Below, one piece after another: positions 10,527 through 20,300 of a stretch of DNA of 32,000 bases. The stretch lies in contig CAZMGY010000003.1 of assembly GCA_964565945.1 (NCBI GenBank), forward strand, positions 1-32,000, written 5' to 3'. Below the pieces are notes generated by a model. It did not search any database and was not told the origin of the DNA. It saw nothing but the letters and a program-made list of their open reading frames with translations. Made by a program: the position numbers and the translations under genes. Position 1 is the first letter of the stretch; each line of letters opens with the position of its first letter. Source of the stretch: an uncultured bacterium (GTDB lineage Bacteria; GCA-001730085).

Positions 10527-11141
10527 ATGAAAATGGCTTTTATTGGGCCTCCTGGAATTGCCAAGGGAACCCATGCCAAGCGTTTAGCAAAAGAAACACA
10601 TCGTCCTCATATTTCCACGGGCGATATGTTTAGAAACGCGATAGTAGCAGAAACAAAGGAAGGGGAGTTGGCTCCGTGTGACAAAGTGATTGCGCGGGTG
10701 ATGGATCGAATTTCTCAGGATGATTGTGAGGAGGGTTATTATTTGGAGGGCTTTCCTCGAATCTTGAATTAAACTGAAGCGTTTGAGCGAACGTTACGTT
10801 CTCAAGGAGAGAGTTCTCGACTTTGCTGTTGAATTTTGTGTCGAGGAAGAAGAAAGGTATTTAATTGGCCGTATTTCGGGTCGTCGCTATTGTTTGACGT
10901 GTCTGGGTATCATTTGTGTAATAAGCCTCCTCAAAATGAGGAACCTTGTGATGTTTGTGGGACTTCGCTGTATCAACGCACTGATGATACAGAAGACACT
11001 CCCGAAAAGAGGTTAGCGATTTTTCATAAATGGGTCAAACGGATGTTGGCTTATGATAGAGATCAGGGAATTCTCCGTTGGGTAGATGCGGGGCATTCTA
11101 TAGAAGAAACTTTTAAAAGTAATAGGATTGTTGTAGAATGA
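10527..11141 (+). pseudogene. adk: Adenylate kinase, disrupted (in-frame stop plus two frameshifts)
   Basis: Frame 0 gives MKMAFIGPPGIAKGT...STGDMFR...EGFPRILN, then TAA at 10770-10772 where Adk normally has Gln (GFPRxxxQ). Homology continues in the +1 frame (LDFAVEFCVEEEERYLIGRISGRRYCLTC, about 10813-10902) after the GAGAGAG run at 10807-10813. It returns to frame 0 near 10900-10905 (GYHLCNKPPQNEEPCDVCGTSLYQRTDD...) and ends at TGA 11139-11141. The P-loop reads GPPGIAKGT rather than GxPGxGKGT. About 10 residues are missing between STGD and GFPR. Confidence 0.75.
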
Positions 11142-11890
11142 TGCAAGCCAATGTTTATGATGTACAGGAAATCGACAAAATCCGTGCCTCTGCTAAAATT
11201 ACTGGTGGGGCGCTTAATTTGATTGAAGCGTTGATTAAGCCAGGCATGACCACGTTGGAGGTTGATGCGATGGCGGAAGATTATATTCGTAAGCATGGAG
11301 GTGTTCCGGCTTTTAAGGGCTATCATGGTTTCACTGGAACCATATGTGCTTCGGTGAATGAAGAAGTGGTGCATGGCATTCCTTCGGACAGAGTTCTTGA
11401 AGAGGGCGATATTATTGGCGTCGATATGGGAACACTGTTGGATGGGTTTTATTCGGATTCGTGTCGCACTTTTGCTGTAGGAGCCATTTCGAATGAAGCA
11501 CAACGATTGTTGGATGTGACCAAGAAATCGTTGATGTTGGCGATCGAAGAATTTTATGAAGGCAACCGTCTTTACACTTTGTCGCACCGTGTGCAAGCGC
11601 ATGTGGAAGGTGCAGGTTACACTGTGGTGAAGGATTACGTGGGGCATGGGATTGGTCATGAGCTTCACGAAGAGCCTCAGATTCCTAATTTTGGGAAGGC
11701 TGGGACGGGTCCTAAGTTTAAAACGGGGATGGTAATTGCCGTTGAGCCCATGGTGAATGTAGGCGGAGAAGAAACAGAAGTGTTGTCCGATGGATGGACA
11801 GTGGTGACAAAGGATCGTAAGTTGTCAGCTCATTTTGAGCACACCATTGCATTAATAGAAAACGGTCCGGAGATTTTGACGCATGGCTAA
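11138..11890 (+). CDS. map: Methionine aminopeptidase, type I
   Basis: 250-aa ORF with intact metal-ligand context (GDIIGVDMG...DSCRTF...[12 protein letters not shown]...VIAVEPM...HFEHTI). ATGA overlap with the end of the adk remnant. Confidence 0.96.
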   Translation: MMQANVYDVQEIDKIRASAKITGGALNLIEALIKPGMTTLEVDAMAEDYIRKHGGVPAFKGYHGFTGTICASVNEEVVHGIPSDRVLEEGDIIGVDMGTLLDGFYSDSCRTFAVGAISNEAQRLLDVTKKSLMLAIEEFYEGNRLYTLSHRVQAHVEGAGYTVVKDYVGHGIGHELHEEPQIPNFGKAGTGPKFKTGMVIAVEPMVNVGGEETEVLSDGWTVVTKDRKLSAHFEHTIALIENGPEILTHG

Positions 11891-12101
11891 AGAAGAAAAC
11901 ATAGAAGTCGAAGGTGTGATTGTGGAATTGTTGCCCAATGCGATGTTTCGTGTTGAACTTGAAAACAAGCATCGTATTTTGGCGCATGTGTCTGGAAAAA
12001 TGCGTATGAATTTTATTCGTATTTTGGTTGGCGACCGGGTGACATTACAAATGTCTCCGTATGATTTGACTAAGGGACGAATTATTTATCGATATAAGTA
12101 A
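11883..12101 (+). CDS. infA: Translation initiation factor IF-1
   Basis: 72-aa ORF ([41 protein letters not shown]...). Confidence 0.98.
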   Translation: MAKEENIEVEGVIVELLPNAMFRVELENKHRILAHVSGKMRMNFIRILVGDRVTLQMSPYDLTKGRIIYRYK

Positions 12102-12156
12102 TTGTTGAAGGGTTCTTGTCCCTTGAAACGAAAGCAAGAAGATATAGGGGAAGACA

Positions 12157-12270
12157 ATGAAAGTAAGATCTTCAGTTAAACCGATGTGCGAAAAGTGCAA
12201 AGTGATTAAGCGCAAGGGTGTTGTTCGTGTGATTTGCGAAAACCCTAAGCACAAACAACGTCAGGGATAG
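12157..12270 (+). CDS. rpmJ: 50S ribosomal protein L36
   Basis: Not in the ORF track because it is too short. Manual translation gives [37 protein letters not shown] (37 aa), with the zinc-type C-x2-C...C-x4-H pattern. Position between infA and rpsM is canonical. Confidence 0.95.
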   Translation: MKVRSSVKPMCEKCKVIKRKGVVRVICENPKHKQRQG

Positions 12271-12281
12271 GAGGACGAACA

Positions 12282-12653
12282 GTGCCACGTATTGTTGGAG
12301 TGGATATTCCCAAAGAAAAACGTATTCTCATTTCGTTAACATATGTTAAAGGCGTTGGGCGTATTTTATCGAGCCAAATCCTTGCAAAGGCTGGTATTGA
12401 TCCTAATATGTGCGCCAAAGACTTGAATGAAGATGAGATCAGTTGCATTGCGAGTGTTATTAGAGAAGGTTATAAAGTGGAAGGTGAGTTGCGTCGGAGC
12501 GTTTCGCAAGATATTCGTCGGCTCATGGAGATTGGAAGCTATCGTGGATTGCGTCATAAGCGCAGTTTGCCTGTTCGTGGACAACGCACGCACACGAATG
12601 CTCAAACCCGTAAAGGTCCCAAAAAATCAGGGACAATCGGTCGCAAGAAGTAA
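12282..12653 (+). CDS. rpsM: 30S ribosomal protein S13
   Basis: 123-aa ORF with a GTG start ([25 protein letters not shown]), preceded by AGGAGG. Confidence 0.98.
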   Translation: MPRIVGVDIPKEKRILISLTYVKGVGRILSSQILAKAGIDPNMCAKDLNEDEISCIASVIREGYKVEGELRRSVSQDIRRLMEIGSYRGLRHKRSLPVRGQRTHTNAQTRKGPKKSGTIGRKK

Positions 12654-12683
12654 GCAAAGATATTGAAGAGGAAATAAAATATT

Positions 12684-13067
12684 ATGGCAACGGTTAAAAA
12701 AAAGAAAAAAGTGCTCAAAAATATTCCTTCGGGAATTGTGCATGTAAAAGCAACTTTTAACAACACCGTGATCACCATTACGGATCTAGGCGGAAATGCT
12801 GTTTCTTGGGCGACGGCTGGAGGATCAGGTTTTAAAGGGGCACGTAAATCGACGCCTTTCGCAGCTCAGGTTGCTGCGGATACCGCTACCAAAAAAGCCA
12901 TGGAACATGGCATGAGAGAAGTTGAAGTGCAAGTGAAAGGGCCTGGATCGGGACGTGAAGCTGCGATTCGTGCCGTACAAGCTGCAGGATTGAATGTAAC
13001 CGTTATTCGGGATGTTACACCGATTCCTCACAATGGGTGTCGTCCTTCGAAAAAACGACGCGTCTAG
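12684..13067 (+). CDS. rpsK: 30S ribosomal protein S11
   Basis: 127-aa ORF ([45 protein letters not shown]). Confidence 0.98.
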   Translation: MATVKKKKKVLKNIPSGIVHVKATFNNTVITITDLGGNAVSWATAGGSGFKGARKSTPFAAQVAADTATKKAMEHGMREVEVQVKGPGSGREAAIRAVQAAGLNVTVIRDVTPIPHNGCRPSKKRRV

Positions 13068-13085
13068 TTCGGGAGAGAAGAAATT

Positions 13086-13715
13086 ATGGGTAGAAGTATT
13101 GGACCAAAGTGTAAAATTTGCCGTTCTGCGGGAGAGAAATTGTTTTTAAAAGGCAACCGTTGTTATTCGGATAAATGTGCGATGGAACGTCGTGCGTATC
13201 CTCCAGGACAGCATGGTCGTGCACGTAGTCGTAAACTGTCTAACTACGGTGTGCAGCTTAAGGCAAAACAAAAAGCCAAAAAAACTTACTGTGTTTTAGA
13301 AAAACAGTTTCGGAGGTACTTTAAAGAAGCGGATCGTCAAAAGGGTGTAACTGGCACAAACTTGCTTCGTTTGCTCGAGCGTCGCATGGATAGCGTGATT
13401 TATCGCATGGGCTTAGCTTTGTCTCGTGGACATGCACGTCAGCTTGTGCGTCATAACTTTTTTACAGTTAATGGAAGAAAAATGACGATTCCTTCGCATT
13501 TAGTTAAAATTGGAGATGTGATTCAAGTGAATTCGAAAGAAGCAAGGCTGGTTCATATTCGTGCGAATATGGAGTTAACGGCGTCGCTTAAGCGCCCCGA
13601 ATGGCTGAGTTTAGAAGAAGAATCATTGAGGGGGTCTTTTGTTCGTCTACCAGAGCGTGAAGAGATGGATCAGTCGATTAACGAACAACTGATTGTAGAG
13701 TTGTATTCAAAATAA
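13086..13715 (+). CDS. rpsD: 30S ribosomal protein S4
   Basis: 209-aa ORF with an N-terminal Cys cluster (PKCKICRSAGEKLFLKGNRCYSDKC) and an S4 RNA-binding domain. Confidence 0.98.
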   Translation: MGRSIGPKCKICRSAGEKLFLKGNRCYSDKCAMERRAYPPGQHGRARSRKLSNYGVQLKAKQKAKKTYCVLEKQFRRYFKEADRQKGVTGTNLLRLLERRMDSVIYRMGLALSRGHARQLVRHNFFTVNGRKMTIPSHLVKIGDVIQVNSKEARLVHIRANMELTASLKRPEWLSLEEESLRGSFVRLPEREEMDQSINEQLIVELYSK

Positions 13716-13734
13716 AAAAGGGAGCTCCTGCATT

Positions 13735-14784
13735 ATGGGTATTCGTTGGAAAGACTTTGAAATTCCAGAAAAGCTAATTGTCGATGAAGCATCATTAACC
13801 TCTTCTTACGGAAACTTTATTGCTGAACCTCTTGAAGGTGGATTTGGAACAACGTTCGGAAATTCTTTGCGCCGTATGTTGTTGTCTTCGATTGAAGGAG
13901 CGGCTGTGATTGCCATTCGCATCGAAGATGTGGAGCATGAATTTTCTCACATAGAAGATGTTTTAGAGGATGTGCCTCAAATCATCTTAAACATCCGTAG
14001 TTTAGTGCTTAAAATGGAAGGTCGCACCAAAAAAGTAATCACCTTGAATGTTGAAACAGAAGGTCTGGTGACAGCCGCTGATATCAAAACAGATGGATCG
14101 GTTGAAGTGATTAACCCTGATCAGCCCTTGTTTACATTGAACAATTCTCGTAAAATTTACATGGAGTTGACGGTGGCTAAAGGCCGTGGGTTTGTCTCGT
14201 CAGAAGAAAACAAAGGCGAAGGTTTTCCGATTGGAGTTATTCCGATTGATGCGGTTTTTTCTCCCGTTGAGCGTGTGAACTTTAGTGTTGAAGATACACG
14301 TGTTGTCCAAGTGACCGATTACGACAAATTAACATTGGAAATTTTCACCAATGGAAGCGTTTCTCCAGTGGAGGCCTTGAATCATGCTGCAGCCATTTGG
14401 CGTAAGCACTTAAGCATTTTCGAAGATATTCCCGAAGAAAAAGATCGTACGGAAGAAGTTTTAACCGACAAAGTATCTGAAATTGAGTGTAAGCTAAGCA
14501 AAGATATTGCTGAATTGGAGTTGTCGGTGCGTTCGGCAAATTGTTTGACTGAAGCTGGTATCCGTACCATTCATGAACTTGTGATTAAGTCGGAAGCGGA
14601 TATGTTGGAATATCGTAACTTCGGCAGAAGGTCACTCATAGAGATCACGGATGTTTTGGAATCGATGGGCTTGTCGTTGAACATGAAAGTTCCTAATCCT
14701 TCAAGTGAAGATAAGGATGTTGACAAGAGTATGGTCGAAAAAATAGGTTCCGTTGAAACATCTTACGAAGAAATAGAAGAATAA
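13735..14784 (+). CDS. rpoA: DNA-directed RNA polymerase subunit alpha
   Basis: 349-aa ORF (FGTTFGNSLRRMLLSSIEGAAV...) with C-terminal-domain sequence ELELSVRSANCLTEAGIRTIHEL. Position is conserved. Confidence 0.98.
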   Translation: MGIRWKDFEIPEKLIVDEASLTSSYGNFIAEPLEGGFGTTFGNSLRRMLLSSIEGAAVIAIRIEDVEHEFSHIEDVLEDVPQIILNIRSLVLKMEGRTKKVITLNVETEGLVTAADIKTDGSVEVINPDQPLFTLNNSRKIYMELTVAKGRGFVSSEENKGEGFPIGVIPIDAVFSPVERVNFSVEDTRVVQVTDYDKLTLEIFTNGSVSPVEALNHAAAIWRKHLSIFEDIPEEKDRTEEVLTDKVSEIECKLSKDIAELELSVRSANCLTEAGIRTIHELVIKSEADMLEYRNFGRRSLIEITDVLESMGLSLNMKVPNPSSEDKDVDKSMVEKIGSVETSYEEIEE

Positions 14785-14814
14785 ATAGAAGTAGTTTGGG
14801 AAGGTATAACAGTC

Positions 14815-15225
14815 ATGCGAGAACGTCGAAAAGGTAAGAAATTAGGTCGTAGATCGGCGCATCGTTTATCGATGTTGTCCAATTTGGTGATGAGTTTAAT
14901 TGAACATGAGAGCATTCAAACCACAGTGGATCGAGCCAAAGAAGCTTCTCGTTTGGCCGATAAGTTGATCACTTTGGGTAAAAAAGGCTCTCTACATCAC
15001 CGTCGTTTAGCGGATAAAATTATTGGGCGCAAAGAAATTTTACAAAAGCTTTTCGATGATGTGGCTAAACGTAACGAAGATCGTCCGAGTGGTCATACAC
15101 GAATTTTGCGTTTGCCTCCTCGTCGCGGTGATGGTGCTTCGATGGTGCTTTGGCAATTAGTGGATGCCCCTCAGATTGTTGCTAAGAAAGTAAACGTGGC
15201 GGTTGACACGGCTGATGCAAACTAA
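14815..15225 (+). CDS. rplQ: 50S ribosomal protein L17
   Basis: 136-aa ORF (KLGRRSAHRLSMLSNLVMSLIEHESIQTTVDRAKE). Confidence 0.97.
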   Translation: MRERRKGKKLGRRSAHRLSMLSNLVMSLIEHESIQTTVDRAKEASRLADKLITLGKKGSLHHRRLADKIIGRKEILQKLFDDVAKRNEDRPSGHTRILRLPPRRGDGASMVLWQLVDAPQIVAKKVNVAVDTADAN

Positions 15226-15237
15226 GAATAGGCTTGC

Positions 15238-15612
15238 GTGATGCTGGTCGCTTTGGTTTTGGTTGCTCATGGAAGTCTTACTCAGCAATGGGCTAAACCT
15301 TTTGAAATTTTGCAAAAAAATATTCAAGAACAACATCCCGAAAAAGATGTTGTTCTTTCTTTTTTACAGCTGATGTCGCCTGATGTGATGCAGGCTGTTG
15401 AGCAACTTTATTGTGAGGGTTGTCGGGCAGTTAAGTTGTGGCCTCTTTTTTTAGGCTTAGGTTCGCATATGACCGATGATATTCCTACACTATTGGCTCA
15501 AATCCAAGAAACATACCCCGATATGAAGTGTGAGGTTTTGCCAGCTTTGGCCGAAGACGAACAGATCCTGAGGTCTTTGGTGCAAAGAGGGATCGGATTT
15601 TTAGAAAGTTAA
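15238..15612 (+). CDS. Small CbiX/SirB-like class II chelatase-fold protein (putative)
   Basis: 124-aa ORF. LVLVAHGS near the N-terminus and PLFLGLGSHMTDDIP resemble the short CbiX (sirohydrochlorin chelatase) signature. The start could be GTG 15238 or ATG 15241. The assignment rests on motif memory only. Confidence 0.55.
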   Translation: MMLVALVLVAHGSLTQQWAKPFEILQKNIQEQHPEKDVVLSFLQLMSPDVMQAVEQLYCEGCRAVKLWPLFLGLGSHMTDDIPTLLAQIQETYPDMKCEVLPALAEDEQILRSLVQRGIGFLES

Positions 15613-15655
15613 GAATTCTATTGCCTCATGGCTTGAGTGTAGGGCTTATCTCTTG

Positions 15656-15674
15656 TTTTTTTTTTGGGGGGGGG
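15656..15674. repeat. Abutting homopolymers T10 then G9 in the cbiX-like/serS intergenic region
   Basis: Read directly from the sequence: ten T (15656-15665) immediately followed by nine G (15666-15674). It lies 44 nt after the upstream stop and 120 nt before the serS ATG. Confidence 0.9.
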
Positions 15675-15793
15675 AGTCATACCCGTGGTTCAAGTTAGGG
15701 GATGATTGAAGACGAGGCCAGGTAATGATGACGAAGAAATTTAGAAAAAAAATGATAGAATAAGCAAAGAAAATGGAAGCATAGGAAAAAAAC

Positions 15794-17062
15794 ATGTTAG
15801 ATCTTAAGTGGATTCGTAACAATGTGCCTCGTGTGCAAGAGGCTTTTGCAAACAAAAAAAGTGATGTGGATGTGCAAGCGTTTTTGAAGCTGGATGAGCA
15901 TCGACGTGAGCAACTCACGCAAGTTGAGCAACTCAAAAATCAGAGTAATCTTGTTTCGAATGAGATTGGTCAAAAAAAACGAGCCAAAGAAAATTGCGAC
16001 GAACTGATGACTCAAATGAAAGTTTTGTCGGAGCAAATCAAATTCTTGGATGTTCATGCCAAGGCCTTGGATGAGGAGGTGCATCATCTATTGTTAAGTA
16101 TGCCCAATTCCCCTCATGTGTCGGTGCCAGTTGGTGCAAGCGAAGCGGACAATGTGGTGGTTGCCTCTTGGGGCGAACCTCGTCAAGATGTGGATGTTTG
16201 CCGAGATCATCAGGATATTGCAGAGAGCTTAGGGCTGCTCGATTTGGTTCGCGGAGCTAAATTAAGTGGCGCGGGTTTTGTCTTGTATCGTGGAGCTGGC
16301 GCGCGCTTGGAAAGAGCGTTGCTCAATTTTATGCTTGATGTGCACACGCAAGAACATGGTTATGAGGAAGTGTCTCCTCCGTTTATTGTTAACCAAGCGA
16401 CGATGATAGGTACAGGTCAGCTACCCAAAATGGCCGACGATATGTACCATATAGAGCGTGATGATTTGTATTTGATTCCCACCGCCGAAGTTCCAGTGAC
16501 CAATATGTATCGCGAAGAGACGTTGAACGAAGAGGATTTGCCCGCCAGCTTTGTGGCGTATACGCCTTGCTTTCGTCGTGAAGCTGGGGCCTATGGCAAA
16601 GATACCCGTGGTATCACACGGGTGCATCAGTTCGATAAGGTTGAGCTGGTGCGGTTGGTTCACCCCGAACAGTCGTATGGGCAACTTGAATTGTTACGTT
16701 CCCACGCCGAAAAGGTGTTGCAACTTTTGGAATTACCTTACCGGGTCTTGGAGCTTTGCACGGCCGATCTTAGTTTTGCGGCGGCAAAATGCTACGACTT
16801 AGAGGTTTGGGCTCCTGGACAAGGAAAGTACCTAGAGGTATCGTCTTGTAGCAATTTCGAAGATTTTCAAGCCCGCCGGATGGCCCTTAAATACAAACCC
16901 AAAGGGGGTGGGAAAGCAGAACTGGTTCACTCCTTGAATGGATCGGGGATTGCTTTGGCGCGAACATTTATTGCTATCTTAGAAAATTATCAGCAAGAGG
17001 ACGGTTCGGTTCGTGTACCGAAAGTGTTACAATCTTTTATGGGTGAAGATGTGCTACGCTAA
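15794..17062 (+). CDS. serS: Seryl-tRNA synthetase
   Basis: 422-aa ORF with an N-terminal coiled-coil arm (MLDLKWIRNN...) and class II core motifs (FRREAGAYGKDTRGITRVHQFDKVE, GSGIALARTFIAILENYQ). Confidence 0.97.
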   Translation: MLDLKWIRNNVPRVQEAFANKKSDVDVQAFLKLDEHRREQLTQVEQLKNQSNLVSNEIGQKKRAKENCDELMTQMKVLSEQIKFLDVHAKALDEEVHHLLLSMPNSPHVSVPVGASEADNVVVASWGEPRQDVDVCRDHQDIAESLGLLDLVRGAKLSGAGFVLYRGAGARLERALLNFMLDVHTQEHGYEEVSPPFIVNQATMIGTGQLPKMADDMYHIERDDLYLIPTAEVPVTNMYREETLNEEDLPASFVAYTPCFRREAGAYGKDTRGITRVHQFDKVELVRLVHPEQSYGQLELLRSHAEKVLQLLELPYRVLELCTADLSFAAAKCYDLEVWAPGQGKYLEVSSCSNFEDFQARRMALKYKPKGGGKAELVHSLNGSGIALARTFIAILENYQQEDGSVRVPKVLQSFMGEDVLR

Positions 17063-17184
17063 GGGGTTTTTGTTGAGAACATTCTAAGTGTTATGAAATG
17101 TTACTGTATAAGATTATTTTAATACAATCTAACAGTTTTTTAATTAAAAAAAATGTATATTTTAATAAAATTTCGATTATTTAA

Positions 17185-17214
17185 TTGACTCATAATGCTT
17201 TTTTATGATAAAAT
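17185..17214 (+). promoter_or_regulatory. Putative sigma70-type promoter of the giant ORF
   Basis: -35 TTGACT (17185-17190), an 18-nt spacer, and an extended -10 TGaTAAAAT (17206-17214). A/T tracts upstream (about 17130-17184) look like an UP element. It sits about 95 nt upstream of the ATG. Confidence 0.5.
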
Positions 17215-17243
17215 AGTAAGGGTTTTTCAGTAGCTCCTTATCT

Positions 17244-17277
17244 CATGCTTTATTTGATCTTTTTTAAATAAAGCATG
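17244..17277 (+). promoter_or_regulatory. Perfect 12-bp inverted repeat (hairpin or operator) in the giant-ORF leader
   Basis: CATGCTTTATTT (17244-17255), a 10-nt loop or spacer, then AAATAAAGCATG (17266-17277). It lies between the putative promoter and the RBS AAGGAGGG (17291-17298). The sequence fact is certain; the function is unknown. Confidence 0.6.
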
Positions 17278-17308
17278 GCTATAAAACCCAAAGGAGGGCA
17301 ATTTTAAC

Positions 17309-20300
17309 ATGTTTAAGAAGGTGATTGGTTCTCTTCGTTGGATCTTGCTGAAGCTTCCAGTCATATTCATCTTACAACTGTTTTTGTTTACCAATGTGAA
17401 CTTGCACGATGTGTTTGCTTTGGCGCCTAACCTTATGAGCAGTCGTGATGAGGGGTGTGCTGCTTTTCAAATGTGTGCACTTGGCCGACAGTTTCGTAGC
17501 CGTACCAACCTGGAGATAGAAAGCAATCGAAAAATTGGCGAAGACCTTTTGGATGACTATAAAAATGATCAGGAAATTTTGCTTGATCGCCGTGCTAAAG
17601 CCGAGAAATTGCGTGACTCTACTGCACGATCTCAAGCTTTGCAACATGATGATGCAGGGATCGATCAAAATTTAGCTTGGTTGGTTGGTGTCTCAAGTGT
17701 GACTGGTTTGGAAAAGGATCAAGCACGTCGTGTCCTTTCGAGTTTGACCATCAACCGTAGCCAAACGGAAACAGGGCAAATTCAATACGCTTATGGTGAT
17801 ATGCCTTTCTTTGAAGTGACGAATGTCCGTGGAGATCACTTTGTGATGGTGGTCAATCGTCCCGAGGTAGCGGGGGAGGAAACCGCTTACCAGGGCTTTT
17901 CTCAAGTCCATCTTAAGGCTCAGCAAGATGGCCGTGATTTTCGCATGATGAATCGTGCCGACAAGGGGAATTTTTTGTTTATCAAATTGAAGGATGGTGA
18001 GTCGGCGCGTGATGCTGTGGTGAATGAAGTGCACGATACTCGCCAAAGTTTAGGGCAGGTGCGTGAAATTTCGGGGCATCTGGCCTCCAGCATGTATGAG
18101 GCCATGGCTCAAGGGGCGATTGCAAAGGCTTTTTTGGATGTGCAAGAGGATTTTGAATTAAGCAAACGTCGTGAACATGAAGCTTCCGAACGTGAACACG
18201 AGCAAGCAGGGATTCTGGCCGAGAGTTGGGCGCAATCAAATGTGCGTGAAGCAATTTCCAAGATGTCCTTGGTGGGCTTGGATGTGAATGAGAACGCTTC
18301 ATCTCAGCTGTTAAATACGCAGCGTCAACAATTGGAGAGAGCCGATATAGTGGATGAGGTTCAAAAGTCCTTAGATAAAGAATTCAACGAGGCAGATAAG
18401 GCCTTTAAGGCGCTTATTAAGGATAGCGAAAGAAACCCTTTGAATTATTTGTCCATAAAGAGTGAGATTGAACTCTTGGGCTGCAAGGTGAGTGGAGATA
18501 GCGACTGGAATGATGGTACGAAGCCGATCATTGAGGTTGATGAAGAAGTGTTTACGAATCATGTAAATAGCATGACTATAGAGCTTACTCGCCACAATCA
18601 CAATGTGGATCTCCTGCTGCAGAAAGGGGAATGGTTGGAAGCGGAGTTGGCTGAGATAAAAGATGAAAAAGAGTCTATCAAAATTAATCGTGCTGTTTAT
18701 GTGGGCAAGCTTGTAACCTTTTTGGAGAAGCAGATAGAGGCCCATCCTGCTTTACTCATACAATTGGCTAACGAGGCTGGCTATGATGCAAGAGTGATGG
18801 ATGAGACTCTACGTAGTGGGCAGATTGAAAATTTACTGCATTCAGATGTACCATTATTTCAAATCATTTTGGGTTTAGCTAACCAAGAAAATGAACCATC
18901 TATGACAAGGAATTTACAGAACTTACTGGCCCTGAATGGGAGATTGAAAAAGCTGGAAGATAAGGAAAGCGAATACACACAAGAACAGCAGGAGATTAAT
19001 GATAATGCATGGGTCAGTGTACAGAGTTTGCAAGCCTATTTTGAAAAGTCGTTCGTGCAAAATTTTTTGAAGGCTGTTTTGAACGACGAGGAAGCTTTAT
19101 CCCTAGATCTTTTAATGAAAATTACAAATAAGCAGGACATCAAGGCAAATGTCAGTATTTTGCGAGAATTTTACACAAAAATGACTAGTTTAGAAGCCTT
19201 AGACATCGCTGTTTTGGAGAAGCGTTTGGAGCGTAATTTAGACAATGAGTGGAAAATGAAATTGGAAAATGCATGGGAGCTCCTTATGGAGGCTCCCTTG
19301 TTGGAACAGGGAGCTTATTTTGTTGCGAGAAAGGTCGAAGAGGATTTTGTAAGGAAGGCTCGTTTGTCGATGCAAGGGGCTTTGCAAGTCGAAAACGCAC
19401 GTCAGGCCTATGATCAAGTATTGAAGACTAACATCACCCAGCTAACCGAGATTGTAGAAGAATTAAAGTCAAATAGCAAAGTGAGTTATCGCCGTGCTCA
19501 AGTAGCTGCCTTGCAGATTGATATGATGCATCTTATTGAGAGCACGATTAAAAATGATTTGATGAGTTTTGATCCACGTACGATTGAATCCCTGTTCGAT
19601 AGTATGGGTCAGATTATGGAAGATTCTGCGCGACAGTCAGGTCTTTTTACTGAATCCATTGGCAAGGCCCTTGTGGAAGGTGTGAAAAGTTTGTTACAGA
19701 CAAGCTATGGTGTGGGAGTGCTTATCCGTCCGACAGGAACTGGAACAACTTTGGGCGGAGCTCTCGATAACCTTATTCTTAATAGTGGTGTGAGTTCTAA
19801 TCCGCGTACTCGTGTTTTGGATCGAATTAAGCCTACTCATGTGCGACGCTTGTTGAATGATTCAGCTAAGTGGCAGTTGCGTGCGCGGGCGATGCAGTTT
19901 GTCGATACGGTCTTTAACGAATTACAGAAAGGGCCAGTAGATGCGAGCACGATGGATTTATACGCACGTTCTTTGTTGCCTCTGTTTCAGTTTTACAACG
20001 AAGAAATGGCTAACGAACAAAAAGGACTTGTGCCACATCCTGTTTTTGCCGGACGTGGACCGGGAAGCTTTCGTGGCAAGTTAGAAGCGATCATGAAACC
20101 GACAGATAATGGCATGATGCAGCGTGTTGGAGTTCAAACGACTCAAGCCGCGCAGCAAGAGATGGGTCAGCTAAAAACGGAAACACAGCGTTTGATTCAA
20201 AATATAGTGAATCAGACGCGCCTCAATTTACAACGTGCTGGCAATGATAAAGTGAGTCTTGAGCTTAATGACGATTACTCGGTGAGCTTCAGCCTGAAGG

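Noticed and set aside
10783-11141. Track ORFs 10783-11016 and 10836-11141 taken as independent small genes.
   Set aside because: Their translations are consecutive pieces of adenylate kinase (LID-domain GRRYCLTC / YHLCNKPP...CDVCG...QRTDD and the C-terminal helix). They are fragments of the adk pseudogene, not new genes.
12104-12127. A small stem-loop (AAGGG-N7-CCCTT) between infA and rpmJ as a regulatory element.
   Set aside because: It is only 5 bp with a mismatched extension, which is within what is expected by chance in a 55-nt spacer.
15613-15793. A possible T-box riboswitch or other leader RNA upstream of serS, and the minus-strand ORF 15646-15936.
   Set aside because: The spacer is only 181 nt, I could not find the conserved T-box sequence (AGGGUGGNACCGCG-like), and no specifier-loop architecture is evident. 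The minus-strand ORF overlaps the serS start and is Cys/Ser/Phe-rich low-complexity sequence.
588-16684. Many minus-strand and alternate-frame ORFs from the track that overlap ribosomal, secY, map or serS genes (for example 905-1429, 3403-3783, 5524-5946, 6147-6632, 11063-11668, 15797-16087).
   Set aside because: Each lies entirely within a confidently identified, highly conserved + strand gene. Their translations are low-complexity with no recognisable motifs or RBS. They are shadow ORFs typical of the antisense strand of highly expressed genes.
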